Assembly (NCBI GenBank): GCA_963754315.1
Contig: CAVWFS010000015.1
Coordinates: 192,001-256,000 of the forward strand
Direction of reading: 5' to 3'
DNA length: 64,000 bases
Origin: an uncultured Candidatus Rokubacteria bacterium
GTDB lineage: Bacteria; Methylomirabilota; Methylomirabilia; Rokubacteriales; CSP1-6
The position numbers and the translations under genes were made by a program. This document shows, piece after piece, positions 10,906-21,800 of this stretch. Below the pieces are notes generated by a model, which worked only from the letters and a program-made list of their open reading frames with translations, searched no databases and had not been told where the DNA came from. Each line of letters starts with the position of its first letter. The first letter of the stretch is position 1.

Positions 10906-11858
10906 TTTCCGTCCCCGCTTCGCGTAACGCTCGGATCCGCCCCTACGGCGCGACCGGCGCGCAGGCGCCGGCGCGCCGCCCTCGCAGGCGCGGGGATCTC
11001 GTCCCGGCCTTGCTGTTCCTGCTACCCCTCTTCGTCCTGGTGGTGGCCCTGATCGTCTACCCGTTCTATCGCGCCATCTGGCTGTCCTTCACCGACAAGC
11101 TCGTGGGCTATCCGGAGCGCTTCGTCGGTCTCAGGAACTATATCTATCTCATCCACGACGACAATTTCCGCCAGGTCGTGCGCAACAGCCTGCTCTTCAC
11201 CGTGGCCTCCGTCACCTTGAAGATCGTCACCGGACTCGGCATGGCCCTGGTCCTGAACGGCATCTGGCGCTGGCGCAACTTCTTTCGCGGTCTGCTCCTC
11301 CTGCCCTGGATTACCTCGACCGTGATCATCGCCCTCACCTGGCGCTGGATGTTCGATTCCTTCCCGGGGCGGGGCTTCTTCAACAGCGTGCTGATCGACG
11401 CCGGTCTCTTGACCCGGCCCATCGCCTTCATGGCGACCGCCGAGGGAGCGATGCTGGCCGTGATCGTGGCCAACTGGTGGCGCGGGTTTCCGTTCTTCGG
11501 GGTCTCGTACCTGGCGGGCATGCAGACGATCCCGCTCGAGCTCTACGAGGCGGCGTCGGTGGACGGGGCCGGCCCCGGACGCCGCTTCTGGCACATCACC
11601 CTCCCCGGACTCAAGCACGTCATCATCGTCACCGTCCTGCTCAGCTTCATCTGGACGATCAACGACTTCAACATCATCTACGTGATGACGCGCGGAGGCC
11701 CCGGCACCGCCACTCAAGTGTTCGCGACCTATTCGTACGAGGTCGCCTTCAATCAACTTCGTTGGGGGCGCGGGGTGACCATCTCGATCTTCCTGGTCCC
11801 GTTCCTCGTGATCGGGATCGTCCTCATCAGCCGCTACCTGCTGCGGGACAAGGAGTGA
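10905..11858 (+). CDS. Carbohydrate ABC transporter permease (start uncertain)
   Basis: FVGLRNY, EAA loop LYEAASVDGA, TRGGPG. Confidence 0.88.
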   Translation: MSVPASRNARIRPYGATGAQAPARRPRRRGDLVPALLFLLPLFVLVVALIVYPFYRAIWLSFTDKLVGYPERFVGLRNYIYLIHDDNFRQVVRNSLLFTVASVTLKIVTGLGMALVLNGIWRWRNFFRGLLLLPWITSTVIIALTWRWMFDSFPGRGFFNSVLIDAGLLTRPIAFMATAEGAMLAVIVANWWRGFPFFGVSYLAGMQTIPLELYEAASVDGAGPGRRFWHITLPGLKHVIIVTVLLSFIWTINDFNIIYVMTRGGPGTATQVFATYSYEVAFNQLRWGRGVTISIFLVPFLVIGIVLISRYLLRDKE

Positions 11859-11870
11859 GGGCCTAACCCC

Positions 11871-12695
11871 GTGACCCGAACGACCAAGATCCTGACCATG
11901 GCGGGACTGCTGGGCTTCGTGCTGGTGGTGCTGGTCCCCTTCTGGTGGATCGCCAGCATGTCATTCAAGACGTACGAGCAGATCCAGTTCGCGATCAGTA
12001 TCTACGTGCCGAGCCCGGCCACCTTCGCCAATTACACCGGCCTGTGGACCGAGACGCGTTTCCCACTCTGGTTACGCAACAGCCTCGTCACCGCGGTGAC
12101 CGTGACCCTGATCACGACCATCGTGGCCACCCTGAGCGGCTACGCGGTCGCTCGCCTGCGGTTCCCGGGGCGCGAGGCGGTGGCCAGCCTCATCCTCATT
12201 CTCTATCTGGTGCCGCCCGCGCTCCTGTTCATCCCGCTCTATCGGGTGCTCGGCGAGCTGGGCGCGACCAATAATCTGACCGCCCTCTTCCTCGCCTATC
12301 CGACATTCACCGTCCCCTTCTGCACGTGGCTCCTCATCGGCTTCTTCAAGGCCCTCCCGCGCGAACTCGAGGAGGCGGCGATGGTCGACGGCGCCACCCG
12401 GACGGCCGCCTTGATCCGTGTGCTCTTACCGCTGGCGGCACCGGGGATCGTGGCCTCGGCCATCTTCGCCTTCACCCTGTCCTGGAACGAATTTCTCTAC
12501 GCGCTCGTATTCATCCAGGACGAAACGCAAATCACGGTGCCGGTGGGTCTGAATCTGCTGATCTACGGTGATGTCTTCCACTGGGGCCAGCTCATGGCGG
12601 CCTCGGTCATCACGACCATCCCCGTGGTGGTTCTCTACATGTTCATCCACCGCTGGATGGTGGAAGGGCTGGCGGCAGGGTCGGTCAAGGGCTGA
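11871..12695 (+). CDS. Carbohydrate ABC transporter permease
   Basis: LEEAAMVDGA EAA loop, SWNEFLYA, GLAAGSVKG terminus. Confidence 0.92.
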   Translation: MTRTTKILTMAGLLGFVLVVLVPFWWIASMSFKTYEQIQFAISIYVPSPATFANYTGLWTETRFPLWLRNSLVTAVTVTLITTIVATLSGYAVARLRFPGREAVASLILILYLVPPALLFIPLYRVLGELGATNNLTALFLAYPTFTVPFCTWLLIGFFKALPRELEEAAMVDGATRTAALIRVLLPLAAPGIVASAIFAFTLSWNEFLYALVFIQDETQITVPVGLNLLIYGDVFHWGQLMAASVITTIPVVVLYMFIHRWMVEGLAAGSVKG

Positions 12696-12787
12696 GTCAG
12701 CTGGGCGGCTGGACCTTGCCAGCCTGGCTCGCGTACTCTCCAGGCTCGGGGGAATCGCCATGGTGCAGATGGTCGAGGTCCGCTGAA

Positions 12788-13735
12788 GTGGCCGTCGAGT
12801 TCGGCGCTCTGCTGCCGACCCGCGAGGCCATCATGTCCGGTCGTCCCGAGACGGCCTCGCTGCTGGCCATGGCCGAGCGCGCGGAGGCGGCGGGTTTCGA
12901 GGCCGTGTGGATCGGTGACTCGATCACCGCGCGGCCCCGGCACGAGCCGCTTACCCTTCTCGCCGCCGTGGCCGCCCGCACGCGACGGGTGCGCGTCGGC
13001 ACGGCCGTGCTCCTGCCCGCGCTGCGCAATCCGGTCGTGCTCGCCCATGTGGTCGGCACTCTTGACCGCATCGCCGAAGGGCGGGTGATTCTGGGGGTCG
13101 GCATCGCCGCCGACACCCCGGCGATCCGCAAGGAGTTCGAGGCGGTGGGCGTTCCCTTCGCCCGTCGCGTGGGGAGATTTCTGGAGACCTTGGCCGTCTG
13201 TCGCGCCCTGTGGCGGCAGGACGCTGTCAGCTTTCGCGGCACTCATTTTTCGCTCGACAACGCCACCGTGGAGCCAAAGCCGCATCGCCCCGGCGGACCG
13301 CCCATCTGGATCGGCGGCAGCGGCCCCACCGCGCTGCGCGAAGCCGCCCGGTTCGATGCGTGGTTCCCCACTGGCCCAAACCCGGAGTTCTTCGCCCAGC
13401 ACTGGCCCCACATCCAGGCAGCGGCGCGGGCCGCAGGCCGCGCCCCGGACGCCGTGGCAGGCGCGGCGTACGTCACCTTGGCGATCGACCCCAACCCGGC
13501 CGTGGCCGAGCAGCGGCTCGCCGCCTTCCTCGAAACGTACTATGGGGTGCCGGCGCGCGCGATGCTGGCACGCCAGGCCTGCTACGCCGGCCCCCTCGAG
13601 AGCTGCGTGGAGTGGCTCCAGCGCTGGATCGACGCGGGCGCGCGCCACCTCTGCCTGCGTTTCGCCGGAGGCGATCAGCTGGCCCAGATTGACGAGGCTG
13701 CCACCAGGCTGCTGCCCCGTCTGAAGCGCGTGTGA
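12788..13735 (+). CDS. LLM-class flavin/F420-dependent oxidoreductase
   Basis: AEAAGFEAVWIGDS, TLDRIAEGRVILGVG, PPIWIGG. Confidence 0.88.
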   Translation: MAVEFGALLPTREAIMSGRPETASLLAMAERAEAAGFEAVWIGDSITARPRHEPLTLLAAVAARTRRVRVGTAVLLPALRNPVVLAHVVGTLDRIAEGRVILGVGIAADTPAIRKEFEAVGVPFARRVGRFLETLAVCRALWRQDAVSFRGTHFSLDNATVEPKPHRPGGPPIWIGGSGPTALREAARFDAWFPTGPNPEFFAQHWPHIQAAARAAGRAPDAVAGAAYVTLAIDPNPAVAEQRLAAFLETYYGVPARAMLARQACYAGPLESCVEWLQRWIDAGARHLCLRFAGGDQLAQIDEAATRLLPRLKRV

Positions 13736-13742
13736 CTCGCCG

Positions 13743-14942
13743 GTGGTGACATCCCCGCTTCCTCTATCCGGCTATCGTGTCCTCGAGCTGGCTCACCTCG
13801 TCGCTGGCCCCGTGGGTGGGCTGTACCTGGCCGACATGGGGGCCGATGTCGTGAAGGTCGAGAGCCCGCAGGGCGGCGACGCGACCCGGAGCGTCTACGG
13901 CGCGCAGTATGGCAGCGAGGCCGCCGTGTTCGTGACCGTCAACCGCAACAAGCGGAGCGTGGCGATCGACCTCGCCAAGCCCGAGGGACGCGCCGCCTTT
14001 CTCAGGTTGGCGGCGACCGCCGACGTCATCCTCGAGGCGTACAAAGGCGGTGTGGCCGAACGGCTGGGCATCGACTATCAGAGCGTCCGAGCCGTGAACC
14101 CTCGCATCATCTACTGCTCGCTCTCGGCCTTCGGGCCGACGGGGCCGTGGAGAGACAAACCCGGAGTGGACATGCTCGTCCAGGCCATGGGCGGGATGAT
14201 GGCCATCACCGGCGAGCCGGAGGGCGGGCCGGTCCTCTGCAGCGTGCCCGTCATCGACACCATGGGCGCCCTCATGGCCGGCGCCGGCATCGTCACGGCA
14301 CTCCTGCATCGTGAGCGAACCGGTGAGGGTCAGCGCGTGGACATATCGCTCCTCAACGGCTTGATGCTGGCGCACGCCGCCCGCCTCCCCGTCTTCTGGG
14401 CCACCGGCGAAGAGCCGGCGCGGCTCGGCAGCGGACACCCGCACCTCGCGCCCTTCCAGGCTTTCATGGCCAAGGACACCTGGATCTACGTGGCCGTCTG
14501 GCGGGACGGGCTCTGGGAGCCCTTCTGCAGAGCCATCGATCGAAAGGATCTGGCGACGGACCCCCGCTTCGCAGGGCGTGATGACCGGGTCAAGCATCGG
14601 GCCGCCCTCACTGCCCTCCTGGAGCCTATCTTCCGCGAGCGGACCGTCCGGGAGTGGATGGCAGTGCTTGAGGCCCACGATATCCTGTGCGCCCCCGTCA
14701 ATCGTTATGCCGAGCTCGAGGGCGACCCGCAGATCAGCGCCAGCGACATCATCGTGGAAGAGCACCATCCGAGGGCAGGACGCTTCCGGACCATCAATAC
14801 CCCGATCCGCTTCGAGAAGACGCCGGGCACCCGGCGAACGGGGGCGCCCACGCTCGGAGAGCATACCGAGGCGATTCTGCGCGACGCTGGTTTCACCAAC
14901 GACGAGCTGATCCGGCTACGCGCGGCGAAGATCGTCGCCTAG
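13743..14942 (+). CDS. CoA-transferase family III (CaiB/BaiF)
   Basis: LADMGADVVKVE, NRNKRSVAIDL, PGVDMLVQA, APTLGEHT. Confidence 0.93.
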   Translation: MVTSPLPLSGYRVLELAHLVAGPVGGLYLADMGADVVKVESPQGGDATRSVYGAQYGSEAAVFVTVNRNKRSVAIDLAKPEGRAAFLRLAATADVILEAYKGGVAERLGIDYQSVRAVNPRIIYCSLSAFGPTGPWRDKPGVDMLVQAMGGMMAITGEPEGGPVLCSVPVIDTMGALMAGAGIVTALLHRERTGEGQRVDISLLNGLMLAHAARLPVFWATGEEPARLGSGHPHLAPFQAFMAKDTWIYVAVWRDGLWEPFCRAIDRKDLATDPRFAGRDDRVKHRAALTALLEPIFRERTVREWMAVLEAHDILCAPVNRYAELEGDPQISASDIIVEEHHPRAGRFRTINTPIRFEKTPGTRRTGAPTLGEHTEAILRDAGFTNDELIRLRAAKIVA

Positions 14943-14952
14943 CAGCTTCCGT

Positions 14953-15834
14953 TCACGCTTTCGTGTCAGCCGGCAGAATGGCCGAGCCCGTCATCGACGC
15001 CGGATTGCGGCGCGTCCAGCGGCCGGCGTCGACGGCCGTCACGAAGTCGAGGACGGCCCGATTGAAGGCATCCGGCTCCTCCAGGTTGATGGCGTGCCCC
15101 GACTTCGGCAGAACCACGAGGCCGGCCGTGGGGATCTTGCGCTTCATGAAGATGCCGGGCTCGAGGCACGGGTCGTCCTCATCGCCGGTCATGATCAAGG
15201 TCGGTACGTCCAGACGCTCCATCCGGTCTCCCAGCTCGAAGACCGACGGCCGCTTCATCTGGACGCCTTGCATGGTGAGCGAATGCCCGAGGGCGGAACC
15301 GGCGGCCAGCTGGGCGCGGAACTCAGCCCAGCCGACCGGGTCCTTGTCCATGAACTGCACGCGCGTCGGACCCTTGGCGTAGAACTCGGTGACCGCTTCC
15401 ATGCCCTGCGCGAACTGCTTGACCACGACCGCTGAGTCCTGCTTGAACTTCTCCCGGTCACCGCTCCCATAGCCAGCGCCCGCCACCACCAGCGAGAGCG
15501 CGCGGTCGGGATAGGTGAGGCCAAAGTGCAGGGTGGCGTAGCCGCCCATCGAGAGTCCGCAGACGTGCGCTCGACGAATGCTCAGGGCGTCGAGAAGGCC
15601 CCGGATGTCGTCGGCGGCCTGTTGCTGGGAGTACGCAGCCGGGTCTTCCGGGACGTCCGAGGGCGGGTAACCGCGCGCATTGAAGGCGATGGCGCGGTAA
15701 CGCCGGCCGAAGAAGCTCATCTGGGGGCGCCAGCTCTGGACGTCCCCGGCGAACTCGTGGACAAAAACAAGGGGCAGGCCCTGGCCTACCTCTTCCCAGT
15801 AGATCTGGATTCCGTTCACCTTCGCCTTCGGCAT
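14953..15834 (-). CDS. Alpha/beta hydrolase
   Basis: HEFAG, GLSMGG nucleophile elbow, GDEDD, GHAINLEEP. Confidence 0.9.
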   Translation of the reverse strand: MPKAKVNGIQIYWEEVGQGLPLVFVHEFAGDVQSWRPQMSFFGRRYRAIAFNARGYPPSDVPEDPAAYSQQQAADDIRGLLDALSIRRAHVCGLSMGGYATLHFGLTYPDRALSLVVAGAGYGSGDREKFKQDSAVVVKQFAQGMEAVTEFYAKGPTRVQFMDKDPVGWAEFRAQLAAGSALGHSLTMQGVQMKRPSVFELGDRMERLDVPTLIMTGDEDDPCLEPGIFMKRKIPTAGLVVLPKSGHAINLEEPDAFNRAVLDFVTAVDAGRWTRRNPASMTGSAILPADTKA

Positions 15835-15859
15835 GTCGAACACCTCGCAGGTTTGCGGT

Positions 15860-16699
15860 TCAGAGCGCGCTGGGGGGCAGGCCCAGCAGGAGATCGGCCG
15901 CGCCGCGGGCGGACTGGCCCGAGGCCACTCCGCGCCGGGCGGCCGCCTGATTGACGGCGGAGAGCACCCCCGTCTCCCACGTGCTGAGGGGGTCGCCGAT
16001 ACGAGCCGTCATGGTGTCCACGGCGGCAGCCGCCACCCCGGCCTCGTCCAGAAGCCTGAGCGCACCGACGCCAGAGCGGTCCCGGGCAAGGCCGCCGTCG
16101 TTGAAGATCACGCCGCGTGGACAGACCGCCAGCAACGGCAGCGCGTTCACCCGCCCTCCGTGGGAGCCGACACACAGGACGTCCTGGCGATTGGCGGCGG
16201 TTGCGAAGCTGGTCGACCCCATGAGCACGACGCGGCCTCCTCCGCTCTCGCGCACGATGCGCTGGCTCCGGTCGACGAGAAGGAGACCTGGCGTGACCCG
16301 GCCTGGAGGGGCCGCCAACAGACGCCGCGCCGCCGCGAAGGCGGGCATTCCCGCGTGCACGTCCAGTCCCTCCGCCTCGGCATTCACGAAGGCAACCACA
16401 CCATCGTCATGCACGCTGCGGCCGTCGCCGAGCCGCGCCGACATGGTCTCCACCGCGGTGGCGGGCATGGCAAAGCGCGCGGCGAAGGCAAGCCCGGCGA
16501 TGCCAGCGCCGTCCAGCCCCACGCCGGCCGCGTGAGCCACGAGCGCCCGAACGCCACATTCGAGCGCGAAACCAAAGGCCAGCGGACCGGCAAAGGACCC
16601 CGTCACGACGACATCGAGGGTCGAGATGCGCGCATCGCAGTGAGTGAGGGAGTCGAGGACGACCACGCGTCCTTCGCTCGCCTCGTGCACCACGATCAC
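15860..16699 (-). CDS. Hypothetical protein made of two tandem homologous ~130-aa domains
   Basis: GGAGG RBS before GTG 16699; both halves share GRVV...GS.aG...SARLGDG/TARIGDP...G.V..VN..A...G. Confidence 0.7.
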   Translation of the reverse strand: MIVVHEASEGRVVVLDSLTHCDARISTLDVVVTGSFAGPLAFGFALECGVRALVAHAAGVGLDGAGIAGLAFAARFAMPATAVETMSARLGDGRSVHDDGVVAFVNAEAEGLDVHAGMPAFAAARRLLAAPPGRVTPGLLLVDRSQRIVRESGGGRVVLMGSTSFATAANRQDVLCVGSHGGRVNALPLLAVCPRGVIFNDGGLARDRSGVGALRLLDEAGVAAAAVDTMTARIGDPLSTWETGVLSAVNQAAARRGVASGQSARGAADLLLGLPPSAL

Positions 16700-16722
16700 C
16701 TTCCAACCTCCGTTCCGGTGGC

Positions 16723-17643
16723 TCAGGCCTGTGCGGTCTCGGCGACCTGGCGAGCGATGCTCGTGTCCACCAGATCCTCGTAGCGGTGCGACGAGCGGAT
16801 GAACCCGCCGTCGATCAGGATGGACTGCAAGTAGTCGTAGCCGGGCTGGCGCAGGATGGGATCGCGCGCCCAGGTGCCTTGACGCAGGAAGCGATCGACG
16901 GCGCGTGTCCGGAGCACGGGGTCGATGTCGGGGAATGACGGCGCGATCAGATCGGCGATGGTCGCCCCCGATTGTTTCGCCAGCCAACCCTGGGCCCGAA
17001 ACAGGCCACGGGTGAACCGGCGTACCGTATCGCTGTCCTCACGCAGGAAGCGGGGAGTGGTCATGTACGACGAAAACGGCACGGGACCCGTCGCCTCGCC
17101 CATGGACACAACCAGATGGGCGGCGCCCTCCATGAGAAGCTGTTCCACCACCGGCTGCCCCTGCTCCAGGAAATCTGCCTGACCCGCCCGGAAGGCATCC
17201 ACCGCCTGTGGCACGGGTAGATCACGCCGGATGGTCACCTGGGTCGGATCCACGCCCTCCCGACGCAATACCTTCAGCATGCACTGCCACGGCGTGGGGG
17301 CTTCCGCGAACGAGATGACCGTTCGCCCCACGAGATCCGCCCACTGGAATCGCGGCCGAGGCACGCGACTCAGCAGGAAGAAGCCATTGCGGCTGTTCAC
17401 CTCGGCAAAGTGCACAAGGATACCGGCTCCGCGATCAGCCAGCTCGAAACTCCGCATGAGGCCTCCGAGGCTGATCTCGGCCAGACCGTCCAGCAAGGCG
17501 CCGGTGGTGCTCAGGCCGTCACCGGCGGTGCGGATGGTCACGGCCAGGCCTTCCGCCTCGAAGTAGCCGCCATGCAACGCGACAAACTGCGGCGCATAGA
17601 AGAGCGAACGGAAGGTTTCCACGACGGTGAGTGAGCGGGGCAT
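16723..17643 (-). CDS. NMT1/THI5/SsuA-like ABC substrate-binding protein
   Basis: RSLFYAPQFVA..GGYFEAEGL pattern; no obvious signal peptide. Confidence 0.8.
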   Translation of the reverse strand: MPRSLTVVETFRSLFYAPQFVALHGGYFEAEGLAVTIRTAGDGLSTTGALLDGLAEISLGGLMRSFELADRGAGILVHFAEVNSRNGFFLLSRVPRPRFQWADLVGRTVISFAEAPTPWQCMLKVLRREGVDPTQVTIRRDLPVPQAVDAFRAGQADFLEQGQPVVEQLLMEGAAHLVVSMGEATGPVPFSSYMTTPRFLREDSDTVRRFTRGLFRAQGWLAKQSGATIADLIAPSFPDIDPVLRTRAVDRFLRQGTWARDPILRQPGYDYLQSILIDGGFIRSSHRYEDLVDTSIARQVAETAQA

Positions 17644-17664
17644 GGCCGCCCCGAGTATAACGCG

Positions 17665-18459
17665 CTACAGGAACGTCCGAGTGGCGGTCAGTGCCTCCCG
17701 GGCTACCTCGTCGGCCGGACGGGCCCACGCCCCCGGATCGGGCGCTTCGTAGCTCAGATACCCCTCATAACCCTTGGCGGCAAAAGCGGCAAACCATTCC
17801 TTGAACGGCACGATGCCGCGACCCGGCGCCAGCCGAGGCATGATCTCCCCCGGTCCCGCGCTGGCCGGCACATCGCTGTACTGCACGTAGCTGACCTCGC
17901 TGGGAGCCACGTCCTCCAGATCGCGCGGCCGGCTGCCACTACGCTGCAGATGGTAGGTATCGAGCAGCAGTCCGCACGCGGGATGCGCGGCCATGGTCAG
18001 CACTTCGCGGATACGCTCGAGCGAAGCGAGCTGATCCGCCTGCGAGTTGAACTCCACCGCGAGACGCACGCGAGCCGCCGCCGCCAGATCGCCGACCTCT
18101 CGGACACTGGCGGCGGCTTGCCGCACACTGCCCTTCCCTTTGTCGACGGGACTCATCACCGTGGTGCAGCCGAGCATGGCCGCCCGGGCGCACTGCTCGG
18201 CGAAGACGCGAAGCAGCCGGTGCCGCTCCTCCCCCTCTGCCCACATCCAGCCGAACGCCACGCCCACGCAGGCCACCGCCAACCGACTCTGACGCACAAG
18301 GGCGAGGACGTCGTCCGCGGTTTCCCCGCGTTCCAGGGCACGCTCGAAGTCGATACGACGCAGCTCGATCGCATCCCAGCCGGTCTCGCGCGCCACGCGG
18401 AGGGCCTCGCCGAGCGGCGTGCTATCGAGCGTCCACGTGTGCAGCGCGAGCCCTCTCAC
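17665..18459 (-). CDS. Sugar phosphate isomerase/epimerase (xylose isomerase-like TIM barrel)
   Basis: GWDAIEL, LAVEF, LLDTYH, PGRG, LSYE metal-binding pattern. Confidence 0.85.
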   Translation of the reverse strand: MRGLALHTWTLDSTPLGEALRVARETGWDAIELRRIDFERALERGETADDVLALVRQSRLAVACVGVAFGWMWAEGEERHRLLRVFAEQCARAAMLGCTTVMSPVDKGKGSVRQAAASVREVGDLAAAARVRLAVEFNSQADQLASLERIREVLTMAAHPACGLLLDTYHLQRSGSRPRDLEDVAPSEVSYVQYSDVPASAGPGEIMPRLAPGRGIVPFKEWFAAFAAKGYEGYLSYEAPDPGAWARPADEVAREALTATRTFL

Positions 18460-18725
18460 GAGGCACGACCTCCTGATCGGGACCGGCCACGGCTACGCGC
18501 GTGGACCAGCTCACACCAGCGACGATTCGCGTCGCCCCCGGCCTCGGCGCTGCCGGAGAGAAAGCCGTCGGCGTTCACCGTGGAGTCATCACTGCCACCC
18601 CGGGCAGGCGTATGGAGTTCACACCAGCGCACGTCGAGGATCTCGCAGATCGGGTCAGCATCAGGCTCACAGCCAGGACAGTAGGCGCGGGCGATCGGGG
18701 CGCTGTCGGTCAGGTAGTCCGACAC
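18456..18725 (-). CDS. Small Cys/His-rich hypothetical protein
   Basis: 89 aa; CPGC, RWCELH, RWCELVH; stop overlaps the downstream start (GTGA). Confidence 0.6.
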   Translation of the reverse strand: MSDYLTDSAPIARAYCPGCEPDADPICEILDVRWCELHTPARGGSDDSTVNADGFLSGSAEAGGDANRRWCELVHARSRGRSRSGGRAS

Positions 18726-18853
18726 AGCCCCTCGCGAGGAGCGATCGCGGTCACGCGGCCCGGGCCTCGATGGAACCCGCAGGCGTTCGCCATCTGAAAA
18801 TTACTGTAACAAGAAGATTGCGACCGCCGGAAGCTTTTTCGGCCGCTTTCGGA

Positions 18854-18881
18854 TTGACACCCTCCTGCGACGCGCTAGGCT
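18854..18881 (+). promoter_or_regulatory. Sigma70-type promoter, leaderless geometry
   Basis: TTGACA-N16-TAGGCT, 7 nt before GTG 18889. Confidence 0.55.
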
Positions 18882-18888
18882 TACCGGC

Positions 18889-21800
18889 GTGACGTGTCCC
18901 CGCTGTCAGCGCGAGACCCCCGCCGATGCCAAGTTCTGTTCGCAGTGCGGGACAAGATTGGGCACCGCGCCCGGTGGCCCGACCCGGACGGCGGTCGTGG
19001 CCGAACGGCCTCTGGCCTCGAGTGGCGACAGCGAGCGCAAACAGGTGACCGTGCTGTTCGCCGACTTGAAGGGGTCAATGGAACTTCTGGCCGACCGTGA
19101 CCCCGAGGAAGCGCAGAACCTCCTGGATCCCGTCCTCGAGCACATGATGGAGGCCGTCCACCATCACCAAGGCACAGTGAATCAGGTCATGGGCGACGGC
19201 ATCATGGCCCTCTTCGGCGCCCCCATCGCCCACGAGGACCACGCCGTCCGGGCCTGCTACGCCGCCCTCCGCATGCAGGAGTCCGTGGCCGGATACGGAG
19301 ACAACGTGCTGCGCCAGTACGGTGCGCCCCTGCAGATCCGCGTCGGGCTGAACTCGGGCGAGGTGGTCGTCCGTACTCTCGGCGGCGATCTGCACACGAA
19401 CTACGCGGCCGTGGGCCAGACGGTGCACCTGGCCGCGCGCATGGAGCAGATGGCAAAGCCGGGCTCAATTTTCGCAACGGTCGACACCGTCCGGCTTGCC
19501 CGGCCGTGGATCGAAGCGAAGTCACTCGGCCCGGTGAAGATCAGGGGGCTGGAATCCTCTGTCGAGGTCTTCGAGGTGATCGGCGTGGGGGCCGCCCACT
19601 CTCGCCTCCAGGCGGCGGCGACCCGGGGCCTCACCCGCTTCGTGGGGCGCGAGGTCGAGATGAGGATCCTGCGCGAGGCCCTCGACCGGGCTCGGTCCGG
19701 CGAAAATCACGTCGTCGGTCTGGTCGGGGAGGTCGGCGTCGGCAAGTCCCGCCTCCTCCGCGAGTTCGTGGGCGCGCCATGGCTGGGGGACTGCCTCGTG
19801 CTCGAGAGTGGATCCGTCGCCTACGGCTCGGCCACCGCGTACAAGCCCGGCGTTGAGATCCTGCGACGCTACTTCCGGATCGAGACCGGTGACGATGCAC
19901 GAATGGCGCAGGAAAAGGTCGCCGGAAAACTCCTGATGCTCGACCGGAGTCTGGAGGACGCGGTCATGCCCCTCCTGGCCGTGGTAGGAGCCCTGCCCGA
20001 GGACAGCCCCTTCCGCGCGCTCGCGCCGACAGAGAGGCGTCAGCGAGCGGCGGAGGCGATCCTCCGGTTGATGCAGCGCGAGAGCGCCGCGCGGCCCGTG
20101 GTCCTGGTGTTCGAGGATCTGCAGTGGGCTCACCAGCAGACGCGGCGCGCACTCGACGTTGTGGTCAGCGCCCTGCCCCCGCGGACCCTGCTCATCGTGA
20201 GCTATCGGCCGGAATACGACGACGGTTGGCTGGGCCGGCCGAACTACACGCGCCTGCACGTCGATCCACTGACCCCCGCCATCGCCCAGGACCTCTTGGC
20301 TACCCTGCTCGGCGGCGGGTCGGAGCTCTTGCCGCTCACCCGGCGTCTGATCGAGCGCACCGAGGGCAACCCGCTCTTCCTCGAGGAGTGTGTCCGGAGT
20401 CTCGTGGAAACGCGAGCTCTGACGGGGGAGCGGGGCGCCTATCGCTTGGTGGCCCCTCCGACGGCCCTCGAAATCCCCCCGACCGTTCAAGCGGTCCTGG
20501 CCGCGCGTATCGATCGGCTCTCACAGGAGGACAAGCGCCTCCTGCAAAGCGCGGCCGTCATTGGCGAGGATGTTCCGGTGGATCTCCTCGCCGCGCTTGC
20601 CCGCCTGACGCCGGCTGACCTTCGGATCCCCCTGGCCCATCTGGAACGGGCCGAGCTGCTCGCCGAACGCTGGGGAACAGCTGCGCCCGAGTATCACTTC
20701 ACCCACTCGCTGACGCATAGCGTGGCCTACGAGACGCTCTTGCACGAGCGACGCCGACAGCTGCACGCCGAGATCGTGACCGCCATGGAGCGGCTCTACG
20801 ACGACCATCTGGACGACCATCTGGATCGGCTCGCGCATCACGCCTTCCGGGGCGAGGTGTGGGACAAGGCGGCCACCTATCAGCACCGCGCCGGTGTGCG
20901 CTCACTGGCCACCTTCGCAGGACGGGAAGCGGTGAGCTACCTGGAAGGGGCCCTGCAGTCCCTCTCCCATCTACCCGATGGACCGGCCGTGCGGCAGCAG
21001 GCCATCGACATCAGGCTGGAGCTGCGCAACGCGCTGATCCCGCACGGTCAGCACTCGGAGATCTTTGCGCACCTCCGCGAAGCCCAGCGCCTGGCGGAGT
21101 CGCTGGACGATCCCCAGCGCCTCGGCCGGGTGCTCTCCTTCCTCAGCAATCATTACTGGAATGTCGGGGTGCCCGACCTCGCCCTGGACGCAGGTCGACG
21201 CGCCCTCGAGCTTGCCGAAGCCTCCGGGGATCTGCCGCTGCAGATCGTGGGCAACTTCAGCATGGGCGGCACCCACCGCGGTCTCGGCAACTATCCGGAC
21301 TGCATCCACTACATGCAGCGAGTGATCGCCCTGCTCGAGCGCGACCTGACCTACGAGTTTTTCGGCCAGCACGGGCTTCCCGCGGTCCTTGCGCGCAGCC
21401 ATCTGGTGTGGAGCCTTGCCGAGCTGGGCCAGTTCAGGGAGGCTACCGTCGCCGCCGAGGAGAGCATCGGCATCGCAGAGGCTGCCCAGCACGCATACAC
21501 GCTGAGCCATGCCTACTTGGGCCTGGGCGGCGTTCTCGTCCGTCAGGGGCGCTTCCAGAGCGCTATTCCTGTCCTGGAGCGTGGACTCACCTCGAGCGAG
21601 CGCGCGCCGTTCCTGTTCCCGCCCCTGGCGGCCGACCTGGCGGTGGCGCTTGCGCGAACGGGTGGTCTGATGCGCGGTCTCGAGCTCGCAGAGCAGGCCG
21701 TGGACCGCGCCAGGACCATGGGCCGGCTCGGCCGCTTGCCCCTGCTCATCACCCATCTTGCCGACCTCTCGCTGATGGCCGGACGACACGCCGACGCCCT

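Noticed and set aside
12760..12786. Short ORF MVQMVEVR upstream of the LLM gene as a leader peptide
   Set aside because: No regulatory codon pattern or attenuator structure evident; may be chance
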